This document shows positions 1 through 8,888 of a DNA stretch of 63,355 nucleotides, one piece after another; position 1 is the stretch's first letter; each line of letters opens with the position of its first letter. The stretch spans positions 1 to 63,355 of the forward strand of contig JAVEEI010000134.1 of NCBI GenBank assembly GCA_030840525.1, in the 5' to 3' direction. The position numbers and the translations under genes are program-made. The notes under the pieces are model-generated. The model made no database searches and had not been told where the DNA came from. It worked only from the letters and a program-made list of their open reading frames with translations. Source of the DNA: Frankiaceae bacterium. GTDB taxonomy: Bacteria > Actinomycetota > Actinomycetes > JAFAQI01.

Positions 1-70
1 GCGCGGGCCCCGCCCGGCGGTCAGTGACACCTCGTTCCATGTCCTGACCAAGCCCGGCAAGGGAGTACTT

Positions 71-427
71 GTGATGCAACCGACCCACGACGCGACGCGT
101 CCCGTCGCGGCGCCGCTGAGCACCGCCCAGCGCATCTGCCTGCACGACCTGCTCGACGAGGAGTGGCGCGCGCAGGTGCGCCAGCTGACCGGCCTCGCGA
201 CCGCCTACCACTCGGCCGAGAGCACCGGCGACACCGCGGCGGCGGAGCAGCTGTCCGCCGCGCTGGCCGTCGTACGCCGCCGGCTCGTCGACGTCGAGGC
301 CGCGCTCGCCCGGCTCGACGCGCGAACGTACGGCGAGTGCGGCGGCTGTGACCGCCGGCTGCCGTTCGAGCAGCTCGAGATGAACCCGCTCGCCCGGTTC
401 TGCACGCGCTGCCAACCGCTCGCCTGA
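71..427 (+). CDS. DksA/TraR-family C4-type zinc-finger protein
   Basis: 118-aa ORF with strong GC3 bias. C-terminal CGGC-x17-CTRC four-Cys motif after a helical N-half. Start is GTG 71 or ATG 74. Confidence 0.8.
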   Translation: MMQPTHDATRPVAAPLSTAQRICLHDLLDEEWRAQVRQLTGLATAYHSAESTGDTAAAEQLSAALAVVRRRLVDVEAALARLDARTYGECGGCDRRLPFEQLEMNPLARFCTRCQPLA

Positions 428-482
428 CCGCGGGCGGCGAAACCGCTACCCGCGGGTGGCGCGGTGGGCGTACGGTCAAGGC

Positions 483-623
483 ATGGGAAGCAAGGACAAA
501 GGCGGCCGCGAGGCGAAAAAGCCGAAGAAGGACAAGAAGGCCAAGGCCGTGCCGACGTCGGTGATTCCGCCGTCCGCGCACGCCTCGCACGGCGCGCAGC
601 CGGCGGACAAGCCGGCGCACTGA
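483..623 (+). CDS. small lysine-rich basic protein (46 aa), function unknown
   Basis: ATG 483 to TGA 621-623, peptide MGSKDKGGREAKKPKKDKKAK... 42 of 46 codons end in G/C. Too short for the supplied ORF track; the listed overlapping ORF 464..649 is in another frame and looks like a GC shadow. Confidence 0.5.
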   Translation: MGSKDKGGREAKKPKKDKKAKAVPTSVIPPSAHASHGAQPADKPAH

Positions 624-645
624 CCCGAGCGCTACCGTCGCCGGC

Positions 646-1533
646 ATGACGACCATCGCGACGCCCGAGACCGTGGCCGCCGCCTACTTCGCCGCGTGGA
701 ACGCGCACGACGGCGCCGCCGTCGCGGCCGCGGTCACCGGGACGTACGTCGACCCGACGCTGCCGGCTCCGATCAGCGGTGACGACCTCGCCGCGTACGC
801 CGACGGCTTGTGTGCGGCGTTCCCGGACCTCGCCTTCGTCTCCGAGCCGCCGCTCGTCGACGGCAGCACGGTCGTCGGGCGCTGGCGGATGACGGGGACC
901 AACGACGGCGCGCCGCTGCCGGGAGCGCCGGCCCCGACCGGTGGACGGATCGACCTCCCCGGTCTCGACATCCTGACCACTCGCGACGGCCGCGTCGTCG
1001 ACGTCGTCGGCTACTTCGACCAGAAGGCGTTCGTCGAGCAGCTCGGCCTCCGGGCCCTCGTCGTGCCGGCCGACGAGTGGCCGGTGTCGTTCGGCGTCGC
1101 GAGCCGCGTCGACATCGGGCACCTCACGCCGCCGGGCGCGATCTCGTTCACATGGATCGACGTCGGGCCGGACGAGATGGGCGAGCTGCAGCAACGCAGC
1201 CAGGAGATCATCACCGCGCTCGCGAGCGACCCCGCGTTCATCGGCTTCCGCGGCGCCGCGATCGAGGGCCGGTTCGCCACGACGACGTTCTGGACGTCGC
1301 CGGAGGCCGCCGTCGCGGCGCTCGGTCGCAACCGGCCGCACGACGACGCGATGTCGCGGCTGTGGCAGGACGGCCTCGGCGGCCGTGGCTTCACCAGCAT
1401 CTGGCAGCCGTACAAGGTCAACCAGCAGTTCGCCGGTTGCCCGGGCTGCGGCACGTACGTGCCGATCCCCGCCGGCGAGCCGGCCGCGACCTGCGCGTGC
1501 GGCGCCGACGTGGACGTCTCGTCGTACGTCTAG
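646..1533 (+). CDS. SnoaL/ester-cyclase-like (NTF2 fold) domain fused to ABM-like alpha-beta-barrel domain, with C-terminal Cys cluster
   Basis: 295-aa ORF. The N-half (AAYFAAWNAHD...GRWRMTGT) resembles SnoaL-like cyclases. The C-half (FTWIDVGPDE...TTFWTSPEAA) resembles antibiotic-biosynthesis-monooxygenase-like domains. It ends in CPGC-x14-CAC. Confidence 0.7.
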   Translation: MTTIATPETVAAAYFAAWNAHDGAAVAAAVTGTYVDPTLPAPISGDDLAAYADGLCAAFPDLAFVSEPPLVDGSTVVGRWRMTGTNDGAPLPGAPAPTGGRIDLPGLDILTTRDGRVVDVVGYFDQKAFVEQLGLRALVVPADEWPVSFGVASRVDIGHLTPPGAISFTWIDVGPDEMGELQQRSQEIITALASDPAFIGFRGAAIEGRFATTTFWTSPEAAVAALGRNRPHDDAMSRLWQDGLGGRGFTSIWQPYKVNQQFAGCPGCGTYVPIPAGEPAATCACGADVDVSSYV

Positions 1534-1735
1534 CCGCGCTCGGCGCGAAAGGTTCCGTCGTCGGCTTCACGCCCGAAAGTGGGCGACAACGCCATGATCA
1601 CGCCGAGGGTCACGACACCGTGCGCGCTCCTTCGACAGTCCTCTCGTTCTTGACGTTGGCGCTCTTGCTCGGCACGGTGCTACACCTCCGGTTCCGTTCA
1701 GCGACGGCTCAGGCGTACCCCGTAGGCTGACCCAA

Positions 1736-2086
1736 ATGTCTCTGCTCACCGACGTGGTGCGCCGCGGGGTCGACGTCACCGCCCGCGGCGTCGAGGTGGC
1801 GCTGGCGCTGCCCCGGATCGCGGTCGCGCTGGAGCGGCTCGCCGACTCGTCCGACGAGGTGCGCCGGTTCCTCAACACGCTCGAGAAGGACGACATCGAC
1901 GTCGCCCGCGAGACGCTCGAACGGCTCGCCGACGCGGTCGGCTCGCTCAACGGCGTCGTCGCGTCGCTGAACAGCACGATCTCGCCGCTGCAAGGCGCAA
2001 CCGAGCGGCTCGGCCGCTTCGTCGACCGGATCCCGGCGCGCGGCCGCGGGCGGGTGCTCGACGTTCCTGGCGGTACCCAGCCATGA
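1736..2086 (+). CDS. hypothetical helical protein
   Basis: 116-aa ORF with high GC3. Its stop overlaps the downstream start (ATGA at 2083-2086), suggesting translational coupling with the CPBP protease gene. Confidence 0.6.
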   Translation: MSLLTDVVRRGVDVTARGVEVALALPRIAVALERLADSSDEVRRFLNTLEKDDIDVARETLERLADAVGSLNGVVASLNSTISPLQGATERLGRFVDRIPARGRGRVLDVPGGTQP

Positions 2087-2664
2087 CATCGCTGGCGGTC
2101 GAGCGCCGCCGGCCGGTCGCCGGCGTGCCGCTGCTGCTCGCCTTCTTCGCCGCCGCGGTCGCCGTACGTTCCGTGTTGACCGGTCCGCCCGGCGCAGGTG
2201 CGCCGCTGTGGCCCGCGGTCGTATTCGGCGTACTCCTCGCGCTCGGCGCGCTCGCGGTCGGGACGCCGACGCGAGTCAGCGCGCGCGTCGTCGCCGTCGG
2301 CGCGGTCGCCACGGTCGCGCTCGTCGTCCCGGCCCTCGTCTTCGCCTCGGTGCGAGCGTCGCTGCCGCTCTCGTCGTTCCCGGTGTGGATGGCCGCGACC
2401 GCGCTGGTCGCACCGGCCGAGGAGGCGTTCCTGCGCGGCGCGGTCTACGACGCGGTCGCGCGGCGGTGGAGCGCGGACGTCGCGATCGGCGTCGCGGCAC
2501 TCGCGTTCGGCCTGATGCACGTGCCGCTCTACGGCTGGCACGCGCTGCCGCTCGACACCGCCGTCGGCGCCGTTCTCGGGGTGGCCCGGCTGGCGAGCGG
2601 CACCTGGGTCGCGCCGGCCATCGCGCACACCGCCGCCGACGCCGTCGGGTGGTTCATGCTGTGA
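2083..2664 (+). CDS. CPBP (CAAX) family intramembrane metalloprotease
   Basis: Multi-TM 193-aa protein with EEAFLRG (EExxxR), FGLMH (FxxxH) and HTAAD motifs. Confidence 0.85.
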   Translation: MTSLAVERRRPVAGVPLLLAFFAAAVAVRSVLTGPPGAGAPLWPAVVFGVLLALGALAVGTPTRVSARVVAVGAVATVALVVPALVFASVRASLPLSSFPVWMAATALVAPAEEAFLRGAVYDAVARRWSADVAIGVAALAFGLMHVPLYGWHALPLDTAVGAVLGVARLASGTWVAPAIAHTAADAVGWFML

Positions 2665-3401
2665 ACGTCTCCCGCCGGGCCGCGGTCGCGGTCCTCCTCC
2701 TCGTCGGCGCGTGGGTCGTCGGGCCGACCGTGATGCCGCTGTACGACGGCCCGGGCGCACCCGACGAGCCCTACCGGTACGTCGTCGCGCCGCCCGGCTA
2801 CACGAAGAAGACGCCGGCGCCGACGACGGCGACCGCGACGCTGCCGGTCAGCAACGGGCTCAACAACGCGGCGGCGTTCGCGGCCAGCGCCGAGGTCGGC
2901 CCGCAGGTGCGCGTCTTCATCCCGGCGGGGTGGCTGCGCGCGCCCGCCGGCGCGACCAGCATCCAGGTGACGGCGGTGCCGTCGGCAGCGAAGCCGCCGC
3001 TGCCGAGCGACGGCACGATCGTGAGCGACGTCTACACGGTCACCGCGACCGCCGACGGCGGACCAGTCGAGTACGTCGGCAAGAACAGTCAGGAGCAGCC
3101 GGTCCTGCAGATGCGCGCGCCGACCGCGCAGCAGCCCGGGCCGACGTTCGAGCAGTTCGACGGCAAGCACTGGAAGCCGGCCGAGACGACGAGGGTCCTG
3201 CAGGACGTCTACCAGACGTTCGCGCCGAAGTTCGGCGTGTGGGCGCTGGTCCAGCAGAAGCCCGCCGGTGCGGCGTTCGGCGGCGTCCAGCTGTTGCTAC
3301 TCGTGCTCGGGATCGTCATCCTGGCCGTGGTGGGCATCATCCTGCTGGTCCGGCTCGTCCGCCGGCCGCCGCCGCAGCCAGTGCGGCCTAAGAAACGCTG
3401 A
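2661..3401 (+). CDS. secreted protein with N-terminal signal/anchor and C-terminal TM anchor
   Basis: GTG 2661 overlaps the upstream stop (GTGA). It has an N-terminal hydrophobic segment, a Pro/Thr-rich region, a C-terminal TM (LLLLVLGIVILAVVGIILLV) and a basic tail. The longer listed ORF from 2208 lies inside the CPBP gene in another frame. Confidence 0.7.
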   Translation: MNVSRRAAVAVLLLVGAWVVGPTVMPLYDGPGAPDEPYRYVVAPPGYTKKTPAPTTATATLPVSNGLNNAAAFAASAEVGPQVRVFIPAGWLRAPAGATSIQVTAVPSAAKPPLPSDGTIVSDVYTVTATADGGPVEYVGKNSQEQPVLQMRAPTAQQPGPTFEQFDGKHWKPAETTRVLQDVYQTFAPKFGVWALVQQKPAGAAFGGVQLLLLVLGIVILAVVGIILLVRLVRRPPPQPVRPKKR

Positions 3402-3414
3402 GGGGAGGGGCCGG

Positions 3415-4233
3415 GTGGTCTACTCCCTCGTCAATACGCCCACGCTGGTCCGCGACCTCGCCCGGCTGCCGGCCGGCGCCGCCCTCGCCGCCGACCTGCT
3501 CCAGGCGTTCGCCCTCACGCCGCCGGACCTCGACGTCCTCGAGGCGCGCGCCCGCCGCCAGCCCGGCGACGGCGCCGCCCGCCGGGCGGCGTTGATTCGC
3601 GCGGACGGCGAGCGGGTCCGCGCCCATGCGGTGCTCGGGGCGGTGCGGTCCGCGGCGGACTCGCACGGGCTGGCGGCGTACCGCGGCTCGGTCGACCTAC
3701 TCGCGACGGCGACGATCGGCGGGCTCGACGACATCGTCCGGTTCCTGCGGCACGAGGTGCTTGCCGACGCCTGGGCGCGCACCGACGACGTTGCGGTCGG
3801 CACGCACCCGGCGGTGGTCGACGCCGTCACCGACGGCGTCGTGGCGACGTACGCCCGCCGGGCCGACATCGGCCGCGCCTGGCGGCACTGGTGCGCGGTC
3901 CACCCGGCCGCGCCGGCCCTCGCCTACCCGCTCGTCGTCGACCTGGTCCGCAGGATCGACCCCACCGCCAGGCGTCCGGTGGTGCCGGCGGACTGGGCCG
4001 CGCACGTGCACGAAGCCTGCTGGGCCGTGCACCTGGCCGGCCGCGAACGCGCTGCGGCCGTGACGCAACTCGCCGCGCTGCGGGCGCTGTTCGCGGTGAC
4101 CGCGCCGGCCCCGCCCGGCCACGCACTGGTCGCGACGGTCGTCGCCGCCGTACATGCCAGTGTGGGGTCGGACCTGCTCGCGCCGGACGGGTACGACGCG
4201 TTGATGCAGCCGTTCTTCAGCTTGCTGCCCTAA
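3415..4233 (+). CDS. hypothetical protein
   Basis: GTG 3415 is preceded by AGGGGAGGGG (3401-3410). High GC3. No family recognised. Confidence 0.6.
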   Translation: MVYSLVNTPTLVRDLARLPAGAALAADLLQAFALTPPDLDVLEARARRQPGDGAARRAALIRADGERVRAHAVLGAVRSAADSHGLAAYRGSVDLLATATIGGLDDIVRFLRHEVLADAWARTDDVAVGTHPAVVDAVTDGVVATYARRADIGRAWRHWCAVHPAAPALAYPLVVDLVRRIDPTARRPVVPADWAAHVHEACWAVHLAGRERAAAVTQLAALRALFAVTAPAPPGHALVATVVAAVHASVGSDLLAPDGYDALMQPFFSLLP

Positions 4234-4244
4234 CCTCTGCGGTC

Positions 4245-4643
4245 ATGGACGAGGCGACCGCGACGGACGTCGTCGAGCGGCTGCGGGCCCGGCGCATCTT
4301 CGCGAGCATCAACCGGCGGGCCGGCGTCTACAACGTCGGCGTACGGGTTGTGATCCCTGACGGCCGCGAGGCGATCTGGGACAACGACGGCGCGGCCGGG
4401 CTCGAGGCGATGGTGCTGCGCGACGGCGTACTGGTCGGCTTCGTGCCGCAGATCCCGGACAGCGACGACCTGTCCGCGGCCGAGATCGCCGACATCATCG
4501 CCGGCACCGACTACGACAAGCGGCCGGACCCGCTGCCCGCGCGGCCGAGCAGCGCGCCGCCGCCACCGGCCGGGTCGGCGCCCTCGGCGGCGCGGTCGAC
4601 GGCCGGCTGGCGGGCCAAGTTCCGCCGCGGCGGCCGCACCTGA
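4245..4643 (+). CDS. hypothetical protein
   Basis: ATG 4245, 132 aa, high GC3, Pro/Ala-rich basic tail. No family recognised. Confidence 0.6.
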   Translation: MDEATATDVVERLRARRIFASINRRAGVYNVGVRVVIPDGREAIWDNDGAAGLEAMVLRDGVLVGFVPQIPDSDDLSAAEIADIIAGTDYDKRPDPLPARPSSAPPPPAGSAPSAARSTAGWRAKFRRGGRT

Positions 4644-4644
4644 C

Positions 4645-4686
4645 CATTGCCGTCAGCGCGGCCTCTATCTCCCGCTGACGGCGATG
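4645..4686. terminator. bidirectional hairpin between convergent genes; copy 1 of a dispersed 32-nt element
   Basis: 14-bp stem (one G-U), 4645-4658 pairing with 4673-4686, with a 14-nt loop containing CCTCTAT. The right arm and adjacent GCGATGATCATGG also encode the C-terminus of the LOG-like gene. Confidence 0.5.
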
Positions 4687-5117
4687 ATCATGGCCTCTTC
4701 AGGGGTGCTGGCGCGCGGCACCGGGTCGGCCGGCCCGCTGACGTCCCAGCCGTAGAGCCAGACCACCGGCTTGCCGAGCCGGCGCGCGATCGCGATCTCG
4801 CTCAACGTCCCCCACGACCCACCGACCCCGACGACCGCGTCGGCCAGCTCGACGACCATCGCGTTGCGGGCCTGCCCGAGCCCGGTCGCGACGGCCTCGT
4901 CGACCCACTCGTTCGCGGCAGCGGGGTCGGCACCCGGAAGTACGCCGACGACCCGGCCGCCGGCCTCGTGCGCGCCGCGCGCCGCCGCGGCCATCACCCC
5001 GCCGAGTCCACCGGTCACGATGTGGTGGCCGGCCAGTACGGCGAGCCGGCCGACCTCGGCGGCGGCGCCGAGCACGGTCGCGTCGTCGGTGTCACCGGGC
5101 CCGACGATCGCGAGCAT
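4665..5117 (-). CDS. TIGR00725/LOG-family (SLOG) protein
   Basis: 150 aa with GGLGGVMAAAARGA and GGSWGTLSEI (PGGxGTxxE-like) motifs. Confidence 0.8.
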   Translation of the reverse strand: MLAIVGPGDTDDATVLGAAAEVGRLAVLAGHHIVTGGLGGVMAAAARGAHEAGGRVVGVLPGADPAAANEWVDEAVATGLGQARNAMVVELADAVVGVGGSWGTLSEIAIARRLGKPVVWLYGWDVSGPADPVPRASTPEEAMIIAVSGR

Positions 5118-5570
5118 TCAGCGCGTCGGCGCGACGGCGGCGCGGCCTTCGACGAGCACCTTCAGCCGCTGCAACGTCGCGGGGATCGCATGTTCGGCAT
5201 TGCGCACGAAACCGAGGCGGCGGTAGAGCCGCCCGGCCGGCGCACCGGCGTAGTCGAAGGTCTCGGTCACCTGCGTACCCGACTCGACCGGCTCCAGCTC
5301 GTAGCGCCACACGTGCCGGGCGAAGTGCCGCCATGCGACCCGCCGGTCCTCGTCGTACTCGACGACCGTGTTCGTGACGACGTATGGCGCACCCCAGCGC
5401 ATGCGCATCGCGAACCGCGCGCCGAGGTAGAGCCGCGGCGGGCCGTCGACCTTGCCGCGCACGGTGTCAGACCCGTCGAACAGCGAGTGCTGCGCCGGGT
5501 CGACGAGGACGTCGAACACCGTCGCCGGGTCGGCGTGGATGACGATGCGGTCGGTGACCGGAGCGGCCAT
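5118..5570 (-). CDS. SRPBCC (polyketide cyclase/dehydrase-like) family protein
   Basis: 150 aa with an IHADPATVFDVLVDP N-terminal signature typical of the SRPBCC fold. Its stop abuts the downstream ATG (TGAATG). Confidence 0.75.
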   Translation of the reverse strand: MAAPVTDRIVIHADPATVFDVLVDPAQHSLFDGSDTVRGKVDGPPRLYLGARFAMRMRWGAPYVVTNTVVEYDEDRRVAWRHFARHVWRYELEPVESGTQVTETFDYAGAPAGRLYRRLGFVRNAEHAIPATLQRLKVLVEGRAAVAPTR

Positions 5571-5592
5571 GACCCCACCCTAAGAGACGGCC

Positions 5593-6513
5593 TCAGCCCT
5601 GCAAGAAGCAGACGTCGACGTCCCACTTCGCGAAGCCGAGGCGCTCGTAGGTGCGGATCGCGTTGGTGTTGACCTCGTCGACGTAGAGCATGCACTGGGA
5701 CAACCCGCGGGCGCGCAGGTGTTGCAGTCCGCGCAGTGTCAGCGCCGGGCCGAGGCCGCGGCCCTGCATCGACGGGTCGATGCCGACGACGTACACCTCG
5801 CCGATCGGGTCGTGGCCGTGCTCGTGGCCGCCGCTGGGATCCGCGCCGTGCACCTTGGTCCAGTGGAACCCGACGAGCCGGCCTTCGGCCTCGGCGAGGA
5901 AGAACCCGCTCGGGTCGAACCACGGCTCGCTCTCGCGCATCCGCAGGTCGTCGAGGGTCCACGTGCCCTGGTCAGGGTGCGCGGCGAACGCGCGGTTGTT
6001 GACGTCGAGCCACTTCTCCTCGTCTTCGCCGACGACGAAGGTCCGGACCGTCACGCCCTCCGGCCACACCGGTGCCGGCACGGGCGCGTAGAGAGACCGG
6101 CGCATCTGCCACAGCACGCGCTCGCGCCGGAACCCCATCGACCGGGCGAGCTCGGCGGCGCCGGACGACTGGCCGTGTGCCCACAGCCGCATCCGCGCGC
6201 TGCTGCCGGTCTCCGCGACCAGCGCCTCGACCAGCGCCTTGCCGATGCCCATGCCGCGATGGCGCGGGCCGACCGCGAGCTCGGCGCTCGCGCCCTCGAC
6301 CGTGTCGGTCGTGTCGAGGTGCGCGTAACCGGCGAGGTCGTCGCCGTTCCAGGCGAGATAGTTCTTCGCCGGTGTGTCGCCGCCGTAACGCAGGTGCAGC
6401 ATCACGTGCTCGGACAGCGGGCGGGTGCCGTCGGCGTCGGTGACGTCGTCGACGAGTTGCAGCACCGCGCGCACTTCCTCCGGCGCGAGCCGCGACCGGG
6501 TGACGACGTTCAC
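5593..6513 (-). CDS. mshD: mycothiol synthase (tandem GNAT)
   Basis: 306 aa with two GNAT domains (RHRGMGIGKALV and MQGRGLGPALT acetyl-CoA loops). Adjacent to glnR, as in M. tuberculosis Rv0818-Rv0819. Confidence 0.88.
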   Translation of the reverse strand: MNVVTRSRLAPEEVRAVLQLVDDVTDADGTRPLSEHVMLHLRYGGDTPAKNYLAWNGDDLAGYAHLDTTDTVEGASAELAVGPRHRGMGIGKALVEALVAETGSSARMRLWAHGQSSGAAELARSMGFRRERVLWQMRRSLYAPVPAPVWPEGVTVRTFVVGEDEEKWLDVNNRAFAAHPDQGTWTLDDLRMRESEPWFDPSGFFLAEAEGRLVGFHWTKVHGADPSGGHEHGHDPIGEVYVVGIDPSMQGRGLGPALTLRGLQHLRARGLSQCMLYVDEVNTNAIRTYERLGFAKWDVDVCFLQG

Positions 6514-6517
6514 GCCC

Positions 6518-7243
6518 TCAACTTACGGGCGCGTACTCCTGCGGCTCGTCGACGGGCAGCGGATCGACCGTCTGTACGACGAACTTGTAGCCGACGTTGC
6601 GGACCGTGCCGATGAGGCCTTCGCGTTCCGGCCCGAGCTTCGCCCGCAGCCGCCGTACGTGCACGTCGACGGTGCGGGTGCCGCCGAAGTAGTCGTAACC
6701 CCAGACCTCTTGCAGGAGCTGCGCGCGGGTGAAGACCCGGCCCGGGTGCTGGGCGAGGAACTTCAGCAGCTCGAACTCCTTGAACGTGAGGTCGAGCGGC
6801 CGGCTGCCGACCTTCGCCTGGTACGTCGTCTCGTCGATCGCGAGGTCGCCGGAGCGGATCTCCTCGGAGCGCGCGGCCGGCGCGGAAGCCGCCTGCGCGC
6901 CGCCGAGCGCGAGCCGCAGCCGGGCCTCGACCTCCGCCGGGCCGGCGCTGTCGAGCAGGACGTCGTCGAGGCCCCAGTCGGCGGCGACCGCGGCCAGCCC
7001 GCCCTCGGTGACGACCGCGATTAGCGGCGCCGACGTGCCGGTCGAGCGCAGCACGCGGCTGGTGCCGCGGGTCGCGACCAGGTCACGCCGCCCGTCGAGC
7101 AGTACGACGTCGGCGGGCGCCGCGTCGACCAGCGCGGCAGCCTCCAGCGGCAGCACCTTCACGGTGTGGCTGAGCAGCCCGAGCGCCGGCAGCACGTCGG
7201 CGGACGCACCGGTGGCGTTGGTCAGGAGCAGCAGGAGGGCCAC
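6518..7243 (-). CDS. glnR: orphan OmpR-family response regulator GlnR (nitrogen regulator)
   Basis: 241 aa with an atypical receiver N-half. The winged-helix C-half ([53 protein letters not shown]) matches my recollection of actinobacterial GlnR. Synteny with mshD supports the call. Confidence 0.75.
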   Translation of the reverse strand: MALLLLLTNATGASADVLPALGLLSHTVKVLPLEAAALVDAAPADVVLLDGRRDLVATRGTSRVLRSTGTSAPLIAVVTEGGLAAVAADWGLDDVLLDSAGPAEVEARLRLALGGAQAASAPAARSEEIRSGDLAIDETTYQAKVGSRPLDLTFKEFELLKFLAQHPGRVFTRAQLLQEVWGYDYFGGTRTVDVHVRRLRAKLGPEREGLIGTVRNVGYKFVVQTVDPLPVDEPQEYAPVS

Positions 7244-7304
7244 GCGACGTCACCTCTTCAGCGGGCGGAAATCGAAGCAGGTGGGCGGCGCTGCCCGAGG
7301 CGAG

Positions 7305-8087
7305 ATGTTCGTCTCCCACAATAGCCGAGTGCGGCCTAGCCCTCAGCGCGTTCTCACTTCGGACGGTGAGCGGCTGGCGGTCGCGCACGTGCCCGGACCC
7401 GGCGGGTCGCTCGGGGTCGTGCTCGCGCACGGCTTCACCGGCTCGCTCGCCCGGCCGCAGCTCGAGCGCGTGGCGCGGGCGCTGTCGTCGTACGCGGGGG
7501 TGGTCGCGTTCGACTTCCGCGGCCACGGCCTGTCGACGGGGCGGTCGACGCTCGGCGACAAGGAGGTGCTCGACCTCGACGCGGTCGTCGGGTACGCGCG
7601 CGGGCTCGGGTACGCCGAGGTGGTGACCTGTGGCTGGTCGATGGGCGGCTCGGTCGTGCTGCGGCACGCCGCGCTCCGCGGTGGCGTCGACGCGGTGGTC
7701 AGTGTCTCGGCGGTGAGCCGGTGGTTCTACCGCGACACCGCGCCGATGCGCCGCGTGCACTGGGCAATCGAGACGCGGCTCGGGCGGCTGGTCGCGCGAC
7801 ATGCGCTGCGCACCCGCATCTCGGCCGCCGGCTGGGACGTGCCGCCCGAGGCGCCGGTCGACGTGGTCGGGCGGATCAGCCCGATCCCGCTACTGCTGGT
7901 GCACGGCGACGCCGACCACTACTTCCCGGTCGAGCACCCGGAAGCGCTGTACGCCGCGGCGCGAGAGCCCAAGGAGCTGTGGCTGGTCGAGGGGTTCGGC
8001 CATGCCGAGAGCGGCGCGACGCCGGAGCTGCTCGCGCGTATCGGTGCCCACCTGCCGGCACTCGTCGCGCAGCGGGCGGCCGTCTGA
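7305..8087 (+). CDS. alpha/beta hydrolase
   Basis: GWSMGG nucleophile elbow and HG oxyanion motif (VLAHGFTG), with C-terminal GHAE. Start is ATG 7305 or in-frame GTG 7329. Confidence 0.8.
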   Translation: MFVSHNSRVRPSPQRVLTSDGERLAVAHVPGPGGSLGVVLAHGFTGSLARPQLERVARALSSYAGVVAFDFRGHGLSTGRSTLGDKEVLDLDAVVGYARGLGYAEVVTCGWSMGGSVVLRHAALRGGVDAVVSVSAVSRWFYRDTAPMRRVHWAIETRLGRLVARHALRTRISAAGWDVPPEAPVDVVGRISPIPLLLVHGDADHYFPVEHPEALYAAAREPKELWLVEGFGHAESGATPELLARIGAHLPALVAQRAAV

Positions 8088-8088
8088 C

Positions 8089-8343
8089 ATGGCGCGCGGA
8101 ACGCTGCGGTTCTGGGCGGCGGCTAAGGCGGCGGCGGGCGTCGCAGAGGAGCCGTACGACGCGGCGAACCTCGCCGAGGCGCTCGAGTCCGCGCGGTCAG
8201 CGCACGGCGACGCGCTCGCGAAGGTCATCGCGCGGTCGACCTTCGTCGTCGACGGCGCGCCGGTCGGCGGGCGCGCGCACGACAGCGTCGTACTCACCGA
8301 CGGCGGGACCGTCGAAGTCCTGCCGCCGTTCGCCGGCGGCTGA
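8089..8343 (+). CDS. MoaD/ThiS-family sulfur-carrier-like protein
   Basis: 84 aa ending in ...VLPPFAGG (C-terminal Gly-Gly), with a ubiquitin-like beta-grasp pattern. It starts 1 nt after the hydrolase stop. Confidence 0.75.
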   Translation: MARGTLRFWAAAKAAAGVAEEPYDAANLAEALESARSAHGDALAKVIARSTFVVDGAPVGGRAHDSVVLTDGGTVEVLPPFAGG

Positions 8344-8381
8344 CATGCAACCTCCGGCTGACGGGTGACGTTGGAGGAGGT

Positions 8382-8888
8382 GTGCGGATCGCGACCCCCG
8401 GGCGAGACTTCGACGACTTCGTCGTCGGTCGGTCCGCCGCGTTGCTGCGTACGGCGGTCCTGTTGTGCGGCGGCGACCGGCACGCCGGTGAGGACCTGCT
8501 CCAGCAGGCGCTGCTGAAGGTCGCGCTGCGCTGGCGGTCGGCGCAGGACAGCCCGGTGGCGTACACCCGGGCGGCGCTCGTCAACCTCGCGCACGACCGG
8601 CGCCGGTGGCTGCACCGGCGACCGGCCGAGGAGCCGTGGACGGCCGTCGCCGAGCGCGGCATGACCGCAGCGGTAGACGGCGCGCTCGCCCGCGACGAGG
8701 TCGTGACCGCGCTGCGCGAGCTGCCGGTGCGGCAGCGGGTCGCGGTCGTGCTCCGGTACTGGGAAGACCTGTCGGTCGAGGAGACCGCGCACCTCATGGC
8801 GTGCTCGACCGGGACGGTGAAGTCCAACGCGAGCCGCGGTCTCGACCGCTTGCGCACGCTGCTCGACAAAGCGGAGGTTGACCGATGA
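8382..8888 (+). CDS. ECF (sigma-70 family) RNA polymerase sigma factor
   Basis: Region 2 (EDLLQQALLKVALRW) and region 4 HTH (LSVEETAHLMACSTGTVKSNASRGLDRLR). Confidence 0.85.
   Translation: MRIATPGRDFDDFVVGRSAALLRTAVLLCGGDRHAGEDLLQQALLKVALRWRSAQDSPVAYTRAALVNLAHDRRRWLHRRPAEEPWTAVAERGMTAAVDGALARDEVVTALRELPVRQRVAVVLRYWEDLSVEETAHLMACSTGTVKSNASRGLDRLRTLLDKAEVDR

Noticed and set aside
1591-1605. CGCCATGATCACGCC (reverse complement GGCGTGATCATGGCG), as a further copy of the GCGATGATCATGG-containing dispersed element.
   Set aside because: Only about 12 nt of similarity, with no CCTCTAT loop or flanking long stem. This is compatible with chance.
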